DNA of 64,000 nucleotides from an uncultured Bacteroidales bacterium. Lineage in GTDB: Bacteria > Bacteroidota > Bacteroidia > Bacteroidales > UBA1402. The translations under genes and the position numbers were made by a program. The notes beneath the pieces are model-generated. The model searched no databases and was not told the origin of the DNA. It was given only the letters and a program-made list of their open reading frames with translations. Shown piece after piece: positions 8,025-17,131 of the stretch (the stretch's first letter is position 1; each line of letters starts with the position of its first letter). The stretch covers positions 132 through 64,131 of the forward strand of contig CAYTIY010000001.1 in the NCBI GenBank assembly GCA_964438045.1. Direction: 5' to 3'.

Positions 8025-10556
8025 TTACAGCAACAACAGCACCACGCGATAGGTGGCAAAAGCCATCAACCAAGCCACCAGCAGCGTGTATCCCACCTCG
8101 AACAAGGCCCATCGCCAGGAACCCGTTTCCCGGCTGATGGCTACAATGGAAGCAATGCAGGGATAATACAACAGCACAAATATCATGAGGGCCAAGGCGA
8201 CAGCTTGGTTGAAAACAGGTGTGCCGTCTTCGTAGGTGTCCGTTTTCAAACGATGTGGCAGACTGGCCGGATCGGATGGGTTGGCATACAGCACCGACAT
8301 GGTGCTGACCACAATCTCCTTGGCAGCCACACCTGAAATCAGGGACACGCCGATTTTCCAGTCAAAACCCAAGGGCTTGATGGCAGGTTCAACCACATGA
8401 CCCATGCGACCAATGAAGGATTGCTCTTGTTGCAGGCGAAGGTTTTCCGGAGTGGGATTGGACACATACGCCTCTTGCCTTGGAAAATAGCCCAGTAACC
8501 AAATGACAATCGTGGCCAACAAAATCACCGACCCCATTTTTCTCAGGTATTGGTAGGCCTTTTCCCACATATGCCGCAAAACAGATTGATAGGTTGGCAC
8601 ACGATACGGTGGCAATTCCATGACAAAGGGCAGATCTTCCTTCTTGAAAAACAGTTTTTTGAACAATCGCGCCAACAACACGGCCATTAGCACCCCGGTC
8701 AAATACAAACCAAACATGACCAAACCTGCATGGTCAGGAAAAAAAGCTCCGGCCAAAAGCAAATAAACAGGCAGCTTCGCACTGCACGACATCAAAGGCG
8801 TAACCAATATTGTCAACAGGCGGCTATTCCGGCTTTCAATGGTTCGGGCCGCCATGATGGCCGGCACACTGCAACCAAATCCCATGATAAGTGGTATGAA
8901 AGACTTGCCGTGCAACCCCATCTTGTGCATGAGTTTGTCCATTATAAAGGCAGCTCTTGACATGTATCCCGTATCTTCCATGATGGAGATAAAAAAGAAC
9001 AGGATCAAGATGTTGGGCAAAAACACAATGACACCCCCCACTCCGCCTATGATACCGTTTACCAGCAAGTCCTTAAACGGGCCTTCTGTCATCTGTTGTT
9101 GAACCAGATTGGACAGCAAAGATACTCCGGCTTCTATCCAACTCATAGGGTAAGCCCCCAGTACAAAGGTGGCCTCAAACATCAGAAACATGAAAGCCAG
9201 AAATATGGGATAGCCCATGTATTTACTGAGCACCCAAGAATCAATTTTACGGGTACGCTTCCTCCGTTCCTTTTTGTATCGTACGTACGTTTCAGCCAAA
9301 GCACCGGCTATAAAGCCATATTTCGCTTGTGCAATGGCTGCCTCTGGATCTTCCTTGAGTTCCTGTTTGATGATGCCCACCGAACGCTTGCAGGTTTCGA
9401 AGACGGATGCCGCATTGGGAAGGGATTCGATCAGTTTTTTAACTTCCTGATCGCCTTCCAGCAGCTTAATGGATAAATAACGTGAAGAATAGGTGTCAGT
9501 GATACCCTCGAATTCCATCAAGCTGGCACGTACGTGCTTGATACACGATTCAATCACATGACCGTGGTTGACATGGATATGACGGGTAAGCAAACGTTCC
9601 CTGGCCCTGTCGTCCTTCAATTCATCAATAAAGGCATGTTCGAGGGAGGATCGATGGTAATAATCGTGCAACTCATCCAATACGTCTTTTCGCAATTCCC
9701 CGTCCTTGTGGAAAAAATCGGTTCCTTCATACACCATAGTCACAATATGGAACAACGCGTCCAACCCGACCCCCTTTCGACCAATGGTCGGAACAATAGG
9801 AGTTCCCAGCAGTCGGCTCAGTTGCAAGTAATCCAGGGTGTCGCCGCTTTCGGTCAGTTCATCGTACATGTTCAAGGCAATGACCATGCGCACGTTCATA
9901 TCGATGAGCTGAGTAGTCAAAAACAGGTTACGTTCCAGATTGGAAGCATCCAGCACATTGATTACTACATCGGGAGCCTCATCGATCAAATGATGGCGTA
10001 CATACAGTTCCTCGGGACTGTAGGTAGACAATGAGTAGGTACCTGGCAGGTCGACCAGCTGTATGGTGTACCCTTCAAAAGCGAAGGTACTTTCCTTGGC
10101 ATCAACCGTAACACCGCTGTAATTCCCTTCATGCTCATGCCCCCCTGCTGCGCGGTTGAACAGCGAGGTCTTTCCGCAATTCGGATTGCCCACCAGGGCT
10201 ACCTTGATGTGGCTGCGCTGATTTAAGGCGATGCGGCGAAGTTCTTCTTCCATGAGCAGGCCGTCTACCTTCTCCGCTCCGATCACCGCTTCGACTTCAC
10301 TCATTCCTACCACCTCTATGTTGGCAGCTTCGCTGCGGCGTAACGAAACCTGGTAGGACATGATGCGGTAATTCACGGGATCCCTTAGGGGTGCGTGCTG
10401 AAGGGCTTCGACCACTTTTCCACGTACAAATCCCATCTCTAGAATGCGTTTCCTAAAGCCGCCGTGTCCGGACACCTTCACGATGACCGCCTTTTCCCCG
10501 GGTTTTAAATCAGACAGTCTCAAAAAAAAAGTTTTAGGTTTTACGCATTGAATCAC
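8025..10556 (-). CDS. feoB: Ferrous iron transporter FeoB with N-terminal FeoA domain (FeoAB fusion)
   Basis: An FeoA-like N-terminus (LSDLKPGEKAVIVKV) is followed by a G-domain (VALVGNPNCGKTSLFN, DLPGTYS) and a polytopic membrane domain. The start codon is GTG at 10554-10556, and there is no in-frame ATG upstream of the FeoA domain. Confidence 0.9.
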   Translation of the reverse strand: MIQCVKPKTFFLRLSDLKPGEKAVIVKVSGHGGFRKRILEMGFVRGKVVEALQHAPLRDPVNYRIMSYQVSLRRSEAANIEVVGMSEVEAVIGAEKVDGLLMEEELRRIALNQRSHIKVALVGNPNCGKTSLFNRAAGGHEHEGNYSGVTVDAKESTFAFEGYTIQLVDLPGTYSLSTYSPEELYVRHHLIDEAPDVVINVLDASNLERNLFLTTQLIDMNVRMVIALNMYDELTESGDTLDYLQLSRLLGTPIVPTIGRKGVGLDALFHIVTMVYEGTDFFHKDGELRKDVLDELHDYYHRSSLEHAFIDELKDDRARERLLTRHIHVNHGHVIESCIKHVRASLMEFEGITDTYSSRYLSIKLLEGDQEVKKLIESLPNAASVFETCKRSVGIIKQELKEDPEAAIAQAKYGFIAGALAETYVRYKKERRKRTRKIDSWVLSKYMGYPIFLAFMFLMFEATFVLGAYPMSWIEAGVSLLSNLVQQQMTEGPFKDLLVNGIIGGVGGVIVFLPNILILFFFISIMEDTGYMSRAAFIMDKLMHKMGLHGKSFIPLIMGFGCSVPAIMAARTIESRNSRLLTILVTPLMSCSAKLPVYLLLAGAFFPDHAGLVMFGLYLTGVLMAVLLARLFKKLFFKKEDLPFVMELPPYRVPTYQSVLRHMWEKAYQYLRKMGSVILLATIVIWLLGYFPRQEAYVSNPTPENLRLQQEQSFIGRMGHVVEPAIKPLGFDWKIGVSLISGVAAKEIVVSTMSVLYANPSDPASLPHRLKTDTYEDGTPVFNQAVALALMIFVLLYYPCIASIVAISRETGSWRWALFEVGYTLLVAWLMAFATYRVVLLLL

Positions 10557-10600
10557 AGGCTATTCAAGCTCTCATTCGAACGCGCCTACTAATTCTTTGA

Positions 10601-10608
10601 CAAAAGTA
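10601..10608 (-). promoter_or_regulatory. Candidate -7 promoter box (TACTTTTG) for feoAB
   Basis: The plus-strand caaaagta is the reverse complement of TAnnTTTG. It lies 45-52 nt upstream of the GTG start. Confidence 0.3.
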
Positions 10609-10656
10609 CCTGTCTTTTTGTTCTCGGGCAATACCCTCCAAAAGGTATTTCGATTT

Positions 10657-11007
10657 TTAAATGGATTCCAAAACGACTTTACGGCTGATAACTCCGCTCA
10701 TGGTTTCCTCACACAAATTCAGTGTGAAATAATTTAACCAGGGCAGGATGAACGTGCCCGGATCAATAGGTGCAAGGATCATTTTTCGTTCATTGGGAGT
10801 ATAGGCACCAAAAATGGCACTGACAACATACAAATCGTCAGCTGCAATTTCAGCATACTTGATATGTGACAGATTGATCGATTCACAATCATCCTGAAGT
10901 TTGAAAAAACCGGAAACATGCATCAGGAACCGACCGAATGTCTGTCCGTCCATTCGCCAGTTGTCAAGAACCTTATCCAAACACATATATATATCCTTAT
11001 TAATCAT
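10657..11007 (-). CDS. Hypothetical cytoplasmic protein, translationally coupled to the usher-like gene
   Basis: 116-aa ORF with no signal peptide. Its ATG (11005-11007) overlaps the upstream TGA (11004-11006) as ATGA. I recognise no family. Confidence 0.5.
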   Translation of the reverse strand: MINKDIYMCLDKVLDNWRMDGQTFGRFLMHVSGFFKLQDDCESINLSHIKYAEIAADDLYVVSAIFGAYTPNERKMILAPIDPGTFILPWLNYFTLNLCEETMSGVISRKVVLESI

Positions 11008-14000
11008 GGTTGCTCAAGTAATGCTGATAATCTCACCTGTTTTGCCAACTTGACCGTTTTTTCAACAGAATGAAAGGTATTTGTTTGTACTTTATAATAA
11101 GCACCCTCCTTAACGATTCGAATTTTATCTTTTAATAGCGTCTTCAATCTATCTCTTAGAATGATGGCACTTCCAAGGGTATAAAATGCTCCAAACTGAA
11201 TGATGTAAGAACCATCACTCAATTCCAAAAACATCATGTCCCTGGTCTTTTTGCGTGAAACAATTTGTTGAATGGACTTCAACGCCCCATCCTTCTGAAT
11301 TAAATCGGTTGAACTCACCGGATTTGATTCGATAAGATTTGGGTTAGTATCCATATCTATTTGTCGTGTAGCTGCAGCCATAAGTGCTTGGTTCAAATCC
11401 CCGGCCGTCGCGCCCAATCCAGGTTCTCCGGGCATACGCTTGTCGAAGGTAACACGTCTGTTGGCGGCCCGTTCAATAACAGACATTCCATTATTGACAG
11501 GGAATGACTCTCCTTGACCCGTTGCTTTCAATTGATCGGGCGATACCCCGTTTTCAATCAAGTAGCGCATAACGCTTACGGCCCTTCGTTCACTCAACAG
11601 CTTATTGTACACGGAAGCACCCACTGTATCGGTATGTCCTTGGATTTCCAAATTAAAATCCATATTATCTTTCAGGAATCCAATAAGTTGTTTCAGCGTT
11701 CCAACATATTCCGCACGCATAGCATCCCGGTTGTTATCAAACAGGATGTAGTATTGTAGAGTATGATCGGTCAATGTATCGACCGGGGCAGCAACCAGCA
11801 TTGTGTCAGTCAACTGTTCTTTGGTCTGTGTACTGATCTTTCTCAGCACGATGTCGCCCACTTCGACAATATCGCCTTGCAAATCGGGTTTCACGGTTAC
11901 CTTGATGGGGTTGCACGCCATATTTAAGATGCTCAATTGCATGGAATCAATAGAAACAACATAGCTTCCCGGTTTGAAGCCGACATAAGAGAAATAACCA
12001 TCCGATTCGGTTAGCGTCTTAAACAGCTGTTGACCATTCTCGTCGGAGAACGTTACCAATATACGCCCTATGCCACTGCCTTTTTCGTCGTAAACCATCC
12101 CGGTTATTTCTCCCATAGGCTGTACAGCTACCGGCAATACCTTAAACTGATTAGGGTCGGTCACCACCTTGATTGTTTTATATGGAAGTTGCCAAGCCAG
12201 ATTCTGGAAGGTCGACTCATCCAAAATCAACGTATATTCGGTGAAGGGCTCCAAACCGACAACACGCATGATGGAATCTTTGACTTTATGAATAACCTGA
12301 CCTCCACTGCAACGCACACGCATGGGTTCGGTGGACGGTTCACCTTCATCACGGACACCGTTGAAATTCGTGTCCACAAAGGGGGCGATGGCAATACCGC
12401 TGCGTCCGACTGAAGCCCTTTTATCAGCGTGCACATAACCGTTGCCACTGCCAAAGGCAAAACTACCCCTGGCGCTTTGGGCTGCCTGAAACTGCCTGTT
12501 ACCCCAACCACCACTCACGCTGGCTGACATGAAGGGCAAGTCGTATCTGAAAGACAAGTTGATATTGTTGGTCCCAGCCAAGATGTTGTTTTCGTAACGC
12601 AGGGAAGCGTACCCATTGGTGAACACGCGGGACTCCACCTCACCCCTGACCGAAATCCATTGACCTGATGTATAATTGTATTGAGCCGATGGCCTGACGG
12701 TGACATGACGCCCCAGTCGCCAGCCGATGGCCGCATTGGCATATAAGTTGGCCCTGCCTGTACTGGTCCAGTTGATGAAATGGCTCATGTTGGCGTTTAG
12801 TCTGCCGTAGTTGCCACTCAACATCCATTCGCCCGAGTTGTAGTTGAAATTATCGTACAGGTTTTGCCTGTACAGGAACTTGCTGTAACCTGAAAAGCGA
12901 TTAAACCGGTAGGGTAAGGATAAACTCACCGAACGCTCCTGTAAATAGTTGTAGATGATGGCTTGTTGATCGGGATCGTATATCGCCATGTTCATATCGA
13001 ACGAGATGTTGGATGGCAGCATCAAGTTGAGGTTTACTTTCGCACGTACATTGTGGGCATACTCAGCGGTAATCATCAACTTGGGTATGGGTTGAAACGT
13101 TAGGGTGGCAAAAGGAATCTCTGGTTGGCCGCTGATGGAATTCAGGTATTCCATACCAATACCGGCTGTCAACCAGCGTGTCACCCCGTAGTTCATTTCC
13201 AATCGACCGTATAAGGAGTTCAAGGTGTCCATGACCGATCCTCCTACAGCCTTGTATTCAAACTCACCCTTCGGTAACATGTTGTAAGGCATGCTGAAAC
13301 GCTTTTCCTCTGAACGCACCTCACCGCCGGGGCCGTAAAACCGGAGTGTCATGTTGGTGGTTCCATAAACGATTGGCACATCAAAGCGGTAAAAACCGGA
13401 CGCATCCGAACGGGTGTACGAGACCATGACATTGTTGACGTATAGTTCAACAACCCAATCCGGCTCTGTGTAATCAGCAATCTGATATGTACCCAAGGCC
13501 TTTCTTACGGTGGTTGGGGCATTGGTCAGCATGAAGCCGTCCATTGGCGCCAACAGGGAGGCAATGCTGCGCGTGTTGACACGCCCAAGCTGTACCTGCC
13601 TGAGAGCACGTGAGCTGTTGTCAGCCCACCGCCAGTAGTAATTTTGTTGTTCCCTTGGCATACCGTATCGATCTGACCAATTTAATAATACATTTGTTTC
13701 ACCGCCAAATAATTCGACGCCTCCACCTAACTCCATGCGCGATTCTCCGGGGTATTTATTCGACTGACTGGAAGCAATGGACCAATCTACCATCCCACCT
13801 CTAAACCAGTGGTAATCCCTAGGGAAGAGGGTATCATACTTTATTTCATCCGATTTGCCTGCACCTAGTTTCTCACGGTTGCGTTCCAGTGTCATAAATT
13901 TCACAACAGGTAATTCGACCGTTGTCTTGAACTTAGCCGTCAATGTCCTGAAATTGAACTCAAAGGTGAAACCAAAAGCCTGGTCTAGCAAGTTCGTTTT

Positions 14001-14468
14001 CAGGTACAGGGTTCCTAAATCCATCAAGGCGTCCTTTTCCTTGATGAGGGTACGTTTGCCTTCAAAGAGAATGAAGCTGTCGGGCAAGTTGACCTCATAC
14101 GGCCTATCTTCTGTTTCCATAAACCCTTTAATCACTTTTCCGTCGGCCGATACCGTACGTACAAATCTGAACAGGGTGAGCAAGTCGTTGATGGGGAGGT
14201 ATAAAGCCCCTGGATCTTCGTAATAGGCGGGCATGCTATAAGTGCCTATCTTGTTGCCAAATGCGATAGATACATTGAAAAATTCGAGGTCTGGATTGTT
14301 CATGGCTTCCTGCGCCGAAAGCCTTTGAAAAGGAATAAAAAAAATCGTCAGCAACGACAATACGACCCCCAATCTGGCAACCAACGAACGGACGTGATAA
14401 GGATGGGAGGCTGACATTGACAGAGGTAGTTTACATAAAACAAGCGGTTGCTGATGGTAACGTGCCAC
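11004..14468 (-). CDS. Usher-like outer-membrane beta-barrel protein fused to carboxypeptidase-regulatory-like, OmpA-like and SPOR-like domains
   Basis: 1,154-aa ORF. The first ~650 aa are rich in amphipathic beta-strands. A plug-like segment reads VVELYVNNVMVSYTRSDASGFYRFDVPIVYGTTNMTLRFYGPGGEVRSEEKRF. An OmpA_C motif reads NLEIQGHTDTVGASVYNKLLSERRAVSV...RRVTF (about nt 11423-11753). The C-terminus is SPOR-like (about nt 11018-11230). The start is GTG at 14466-14468, overlapping the upstream TAG; an alternative ATG lies at 14415-14417. Confidence 0.6.
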   Translation of the reverse strand: MARYHQQPLVLCKLPLSMSASHPYHVRSLVARLGVVLSLLTIFFIPFQRLSAQEAMNNPDLEFFNVSIAFGNKIGTYSMPAYYEDPGALYLPINDLLTLFRFVRTVSADGKVIKGFMETEDRPYEVNLPDSFILFEGKRTLIKEKDALMDLGTLYLKTNLLDQAFGFTFEFNFRTLTAKFKTTVELPVVKFMTLERNREKLGAGKSDEIKYDTLFPRDYHWFRGGMVDWSIASSQSNKYPGESRMELGGGVELFGGETNVLLNWSDRYGMPREQQNYYWRWADNSSRALRQVQLGRVNTRSIASLLAPMDGFMLTNAPTTVRKALGTYQIADYTEPDWVVELYVNNVMVSYTRSDASGFYRFDVPIVYGTTNMTLRFYGPGGEVRSEEKRFSMPYNMLPKGEFEYKAVGGSVMDTLNSLYGRLEMNYGVTRWLTAGIGMEYLNSISGQPEIPFATLTFQPIPKLMITAEYAHNVRAKVNLNLMLPSNISFDMNMAIYDPDQQAIIYNYLQERSVSLSLPYRFNRFSGYSKFLYRQNLYDNFNYNSGEWMLSGNYGRLNANMSHFINWTSTGRANLYANAAIGWRLGRHVTVRPSAQYNYTSGQWISVRGEVESRVFTNGYASLRYENNILAGTNNINLSFRYDLPFMSASVSGGWGNRQFQAAQSARGSFAFGSGNGYVHADKRASVGRSGIAIAPFVDTNFNGVRDEGEPSTEPMRVRCSGGQVIHKVKDSIMRVVGLEPFTEYTLILDESTFQNLAWQLPYKTIKVVTDPNQFKVLPVAVQPMGEITGMVYDEKGSGIGRILVTFSDENGQQLFKTLTESDGYFSYVGFKPGSYVVSIDSMQLSILNMACNPIKVTVKPDLQGDIVEVGDIVLRKISTQTKEQLTDTMLVAAPVDTLTDHTLQYYILFDNNRDAMRAEYVGTLKQLIGFLKDNMDFNLEIQGHTDTVGASVYNKLLSERRAVSVMRYLIENGVSPDQLKATGQGESFPVNNGMSVIERAANRRVTFDKRMPGEPGLGATAGDLNQALMAAATRQIDMDTNPNLIESNPVSSTDLIQKDGALKSIQQIVSRKKTRDMMFLELSDGSYIIQFGAFYTLGSAIILRDRLKTLLKDKIRIVKEGAYYKVQTNTFHSVEKTVKLAKQVRLSALLEQP

Positions 14469-15001
14469 TAGTACGCTTCTATGATCAGTAAGGCTTCACT
14501 GTGGTAATCACCTGGGGGATTGGCTCCTGAGTCACCAATTTCTAAAGTACCACCCATGTAGAGTCGGTGTATATGATTGCTGCCTATTTTGGACATAAAA
14601 CGGATGTACCCTGTTCCGGTTTCCAGGATGGTACCGGATTCCAACGTAAAGTTCAATTTGGTTAGTGTCACTCTTCCGCCTCGAAGACCTGTCACATCCA
14701 TGGAAACTGGAAAGCGAATAATGACCATCCGGCCTGGTTGCAAACTAAATTCAAACTGGCCCTGCTGTACGGGGCCTCCCATCATATGGACGCTTCCCTG
14801 CCAGGAACGCTCACCAGTTGCGGAAACGGTCACCGACCCTGTCGATCCGTCGTTTGGAGCTGTAAAATATCCAAATTTCAGCGATGATGTCGGTTCCAGG
14901 ACCATCGGAGTCCTTAAGGGCAGGGTGGGCGGCGCTTGAGCCAACACACTTCCTCCCCCAATCACCAAGAACAACAAGGGGTAAATGATTTTTTTCCACA
15001 T
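14468..15001 (-). CDS. Divergent DUF4402/SCPU-like secreted subunit (candidate tip, adaptor or terminator subunit)
   Basis: 177 aa with a signal peptide. It keeps the family core (LKFGYF..., GSVTVSATGER, GQFEFS, MGGTLEIGDSGANPPGDYHSEALLIIEAY-stop). It lacks the alternating N-terminal segment and the terminal YN of the other paralogs. Confidence 0.6.
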   Translation of the reverse strand: MWKKIIYPLLFLVIGGGSVLAQAPPTLPLRTPMVLEPTSSLKFGYFTAPNDGSTGSVTVSATGERSWQGSVHMMGGPVQQGQFEFSLQPGRMVIIRFPVSMDVTGLRGGRVTLTKLNFTLESGTILETGTGYIRFMSKIGSNHIHRLYMGGTLEIGDSGANPPGDYHSEALLIIEAY

Positions 15002-15019
15002 GATGGCTGTTATTTAGAG

Positions 15020-15853
15020 TCAGGGAATCCTGTATTCAGTCCTGGCAAGTTCACTGGCACCGGCGTCTCGAGGAGTCAGAAAACGGACCACGACCTTGCC
15101 GGCTTTCAGTTTTAACGCTTTCGGCACCCTCAGAGGCAAGGTATACAACCTACGGCTTAGTTCGGTGTAAATTCCGACACCATTGGCCAGCCCCAACATG
15201 ACTTTATCACCTTGAGGGGATTCGTAATACGCTTCCAACGTGCCATAGGCAGATTGGTTACCACTCCGATTGATAGCCACTTTCATTGTGTACAACGTAT
15301 CGTTTACCTGATTGAGGGCCAGATCGGACAGCTTAACATTCAATGTCATACTCCCGTTTCGCACAATTATGGGGATACTGATGCCGAAGATAGGCGTGAT
15401 GCTCACCGACAAGCGGGAGGTATCCCCGGTATTCTCCAATCCCAGAGGTGCCGTGTTCTTGTCTGCCCTGAAATACAGGTGGGAACGGTATTCACCCTGA
15501 GCCATGTTTTGTGGCTTGCGAAACTGGAGACGTACAATCTGCGATTCACCGGGAGCTAACGTCACCCTTCGTGGAAAAATCCTCAGGTAACTGTCCGCTC
15601 TCTGTGTCGGTTGCGAAGCACTGTCGGTCACATCCAGAAACTGACCATCCTCCTTCATCTCGTACTGTAGGAATGAAATCAGGTAAACGGCTGTATCCTG
15701 TCCGATGTTGGTTAAATTAAGGTCTTCCCGTTGCTTACTATCTTCGAAAACCACCCTGATGGGGGCTACCAAAAGATTGCCCTGGGCAAAAAGTCGTTGA
15801 CCGCTCAACAAGAGCACCAACAAGACAAAGAAGTAACCGATCGTATGCTTCAT
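15020..15853 (-). CDS. PapD-like periplasmic pilus chaperone (putative)
   Basis: 277 aa with a signal peptide. LLVAPIRVVFEDSKQREDLNLTNIGQDTAVYLISF and YLRIFPRRVTLAPGESQIVRLQFRKP match the N-domain pattern of fimbrial chaperones (P.R.I...N.G..P., l.v.PP...L.PG..Q.vRl). A second beta-rich domain follows. Confidence 0.6.
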   Translation of the reverse strand: MKHTIGYFFVLLVLLLSGQRLFAQGNLLVAPIRVVFEDSKQREDLNLTNIGQDTAVYLISFLQYEMKEDGQFLDVTDSASQPTQRADSYLRIFPRRVTLAPGESQIVRLQFRKPQNMAQGEYRSHLYFRADKNTAPLGLENTGDTSRLSVSITPIFGISIPIIVRNGSMTLNVKLSDLALNQVNDTLYTMKVAINRSGNQSAYGTLEAYYESPQGDKVMLGLANGVGIYTELSRRLYTLPLRVPKALKLKAGKVVVRFLTPRDAGASELARTEYRIP

Positions 15854-15881
15854 GGTAACTGATTTTAACCTGTTAAATGCT

Positions 15882-15889
15882 CAAAGATA
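15882..15889 (-). promoter_or_regulatory. Candidate internal -7 promoter box (TATCTTTG) for the chaperone / subunit / usher genes
   Basis: The plus-strand caaagata lies 28 nt upstream of the chaperone ATG (15851-15853). It sits inside the only sizeable intergenic gap (189 nt) of the locus. Confidence 0.35.
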
Positions 15890-16042
15890 CAGATATTCCA
15901 CTATGTTGATAGTGTGAGATTATTTTTTTTTCACATAAGTCGGTATCAACTAAGCTTTTCAGCCTGAGATTAGCCGCATTTTTGAACAAGTACCGGTTCG
16001 TGCATGGAATCATGTCAAAGAACGTCTAGGACTATCCGTCCA

Positions 16043-16552
16043 TTAATTATACATGAAGACCACTTCATACGTTCCGGTATAATAACCGGCAGGGTTTGTC
16101 AGCCCATTGGCTATGAGCAAAGTGGCTCCAATGCTGATTTCCGCTTTGCCGTCGCTCTGTCTGACCACCTGTCCGCCAACCGGAACATCGGAGGTGAACT
16201 CCTCGACAGAAATTTCACTCACGCCACTTGAAAGCAGCAACCGCTGAGGCGTCTGTGGCAACATAATTGAAACCAAGCTGTTTGGCATACCGGCCACCAC
16301 AAACCGACCGGCACTGTAGGCATCATTCATCAAGGTGATACCACCCGTTGCCGTGCGTTCACCCTCAGGGGTGATCCTGACCGAACCGCCAGATGGTTCA
16401 GGCACGATGCGTCCAAAATTCAACAATTCCGTTTCAACCGCTGTGACAGGTACGGCAATTTCCACTTCCATTTTGCCCAGCACACCGGATTGAGCCTGTA
16501 ACCCAACGGACATGACCAGTAAAATCAATGAACTAAGCAGGAACCGTTCCAT
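16043..16552 (-). CDS. DUF4402/SCPU-like secreted fibre subunit paralog
   Basis: It has a signal peptide (MERFLLSSLILLVMSVGLQAQ), the LNFGRIV motif, GSVRITPEGERTATG, and the C-terminus IGATLLIANGLTNPAGYYTGTYEVVFMYN-stop. The start was moved to the ATG at 16550-16552 because the track start at 16576 is TTG. Confidence 0.65.
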   Translation of the reverse strand: MERFLLSSLILLVMSVGLQAQSGVLGKMEVEIAVPVTAVETELLNFGRIVPEPSGGSVRITPEGERTATGGITLMNDAYSAGRFVVAGMPNSLVSIMLPQTPQRLLLSSGVSEISVEEFTSDVPVGGQVVRQSDGKAEISIGATLLIANGLTNPAGYYTGTYEVVFMYN

Positions 16553-16572
16553 ATAGGTAGTTGTCAACAAAT

Positions 16573-17097
16573 TCAATTATACGAAATACTGACAGGAAAA
16601 CTCCCTGTGTACTTACCTGCAGCCTGTGAGGTAGGAATGGTCAGGGTCGCTCCCACATTGAATGTATTGTCTACACCGATGGTCCCCGTAAGCACACCAG
16701 CAGCTTTGGACGCCAGTTTAACGGTAAAGGCATTTACATCCAATTTTTTACTTTCATCCCCCGTCATTTGGAGAACAATTATTCCCGTAGGTATACTGAC
16801 CGTATAGGTGGTACCTGTCAATCCATTAACGCCAAAGACGGCGGCAGTTGGCGTGAGGTTACCTGTATTTGGAATATAGAGGTTAGTCGGGGTTATGACA
16901 TTGTCAACACCGAGGGTTAGGGTTCCAATACCTTCTCCTGTCAAAGCTACCTTTCCAAACTGCATGTCAACAGTTTTTTCAAGAGTAACTGTCTGCACCA
17001 ATTCGGCTTCCACATTGGCACTTTCAGTAGGGTTGGCTGCCTTAACAGGCAATGTGACAACCCCCAGAGCCAACAGGACACTTGTAACGTATTTCAT
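16573..17097 (-). CDS. DUF4402/SCPU-like secreted fibre subunit paralog
   Basis: It has a signal peptide (MKYVTSVLLALGVVTLPVKA), the MQFGKVAL motif, and the C-terminus VGATLTIPTSQAAGKYTGSFPVSISYN-stop. The ATG is at 17095-17097; the track start at 17106 is GTG. Confidence 0.65.
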   Translation of the reverse strand: MKYVTSVLLALGVVTLPVKAANPTESANVEAELVQTVTLEKTVDMQFGKVALTGEGIGTLTLGVDNVITPTNLYIPNTGNLTPTAAVFGVNGLTGTTYTVSIPTGIIVLQMTGDESKKLDVNAFTVKLASKAAGVLTGTIGVDNTFNVGATLTIPTSQAAGKYTGSFPVSISYN

Positions 17098-17131
17098 TCG
17101 TTTCACAGGTGGATAGGATTTGGTTTTTGGT

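Noticed and set aside
10522-10530. Homopolymer tracts as possible phase-variation switches: A9/T9 inside the 5' end of feoAB (10522-10530), T9 at 15923-15931, and T9 at 39712-39720.
   Set aside because: A single sequence gives no evidence of length variation, and 8-9-nt A/T runs are not rare in this window. Read-level heterogeneity would be needed to support the idea.
16004-16231. A 75-aa plus-strand ORF spanning the intergenic gap and the 3' end of a subunit gene.
   Set aside because: It overlaps a well-supported minus-strand gene and has no recognisable motif or signal.
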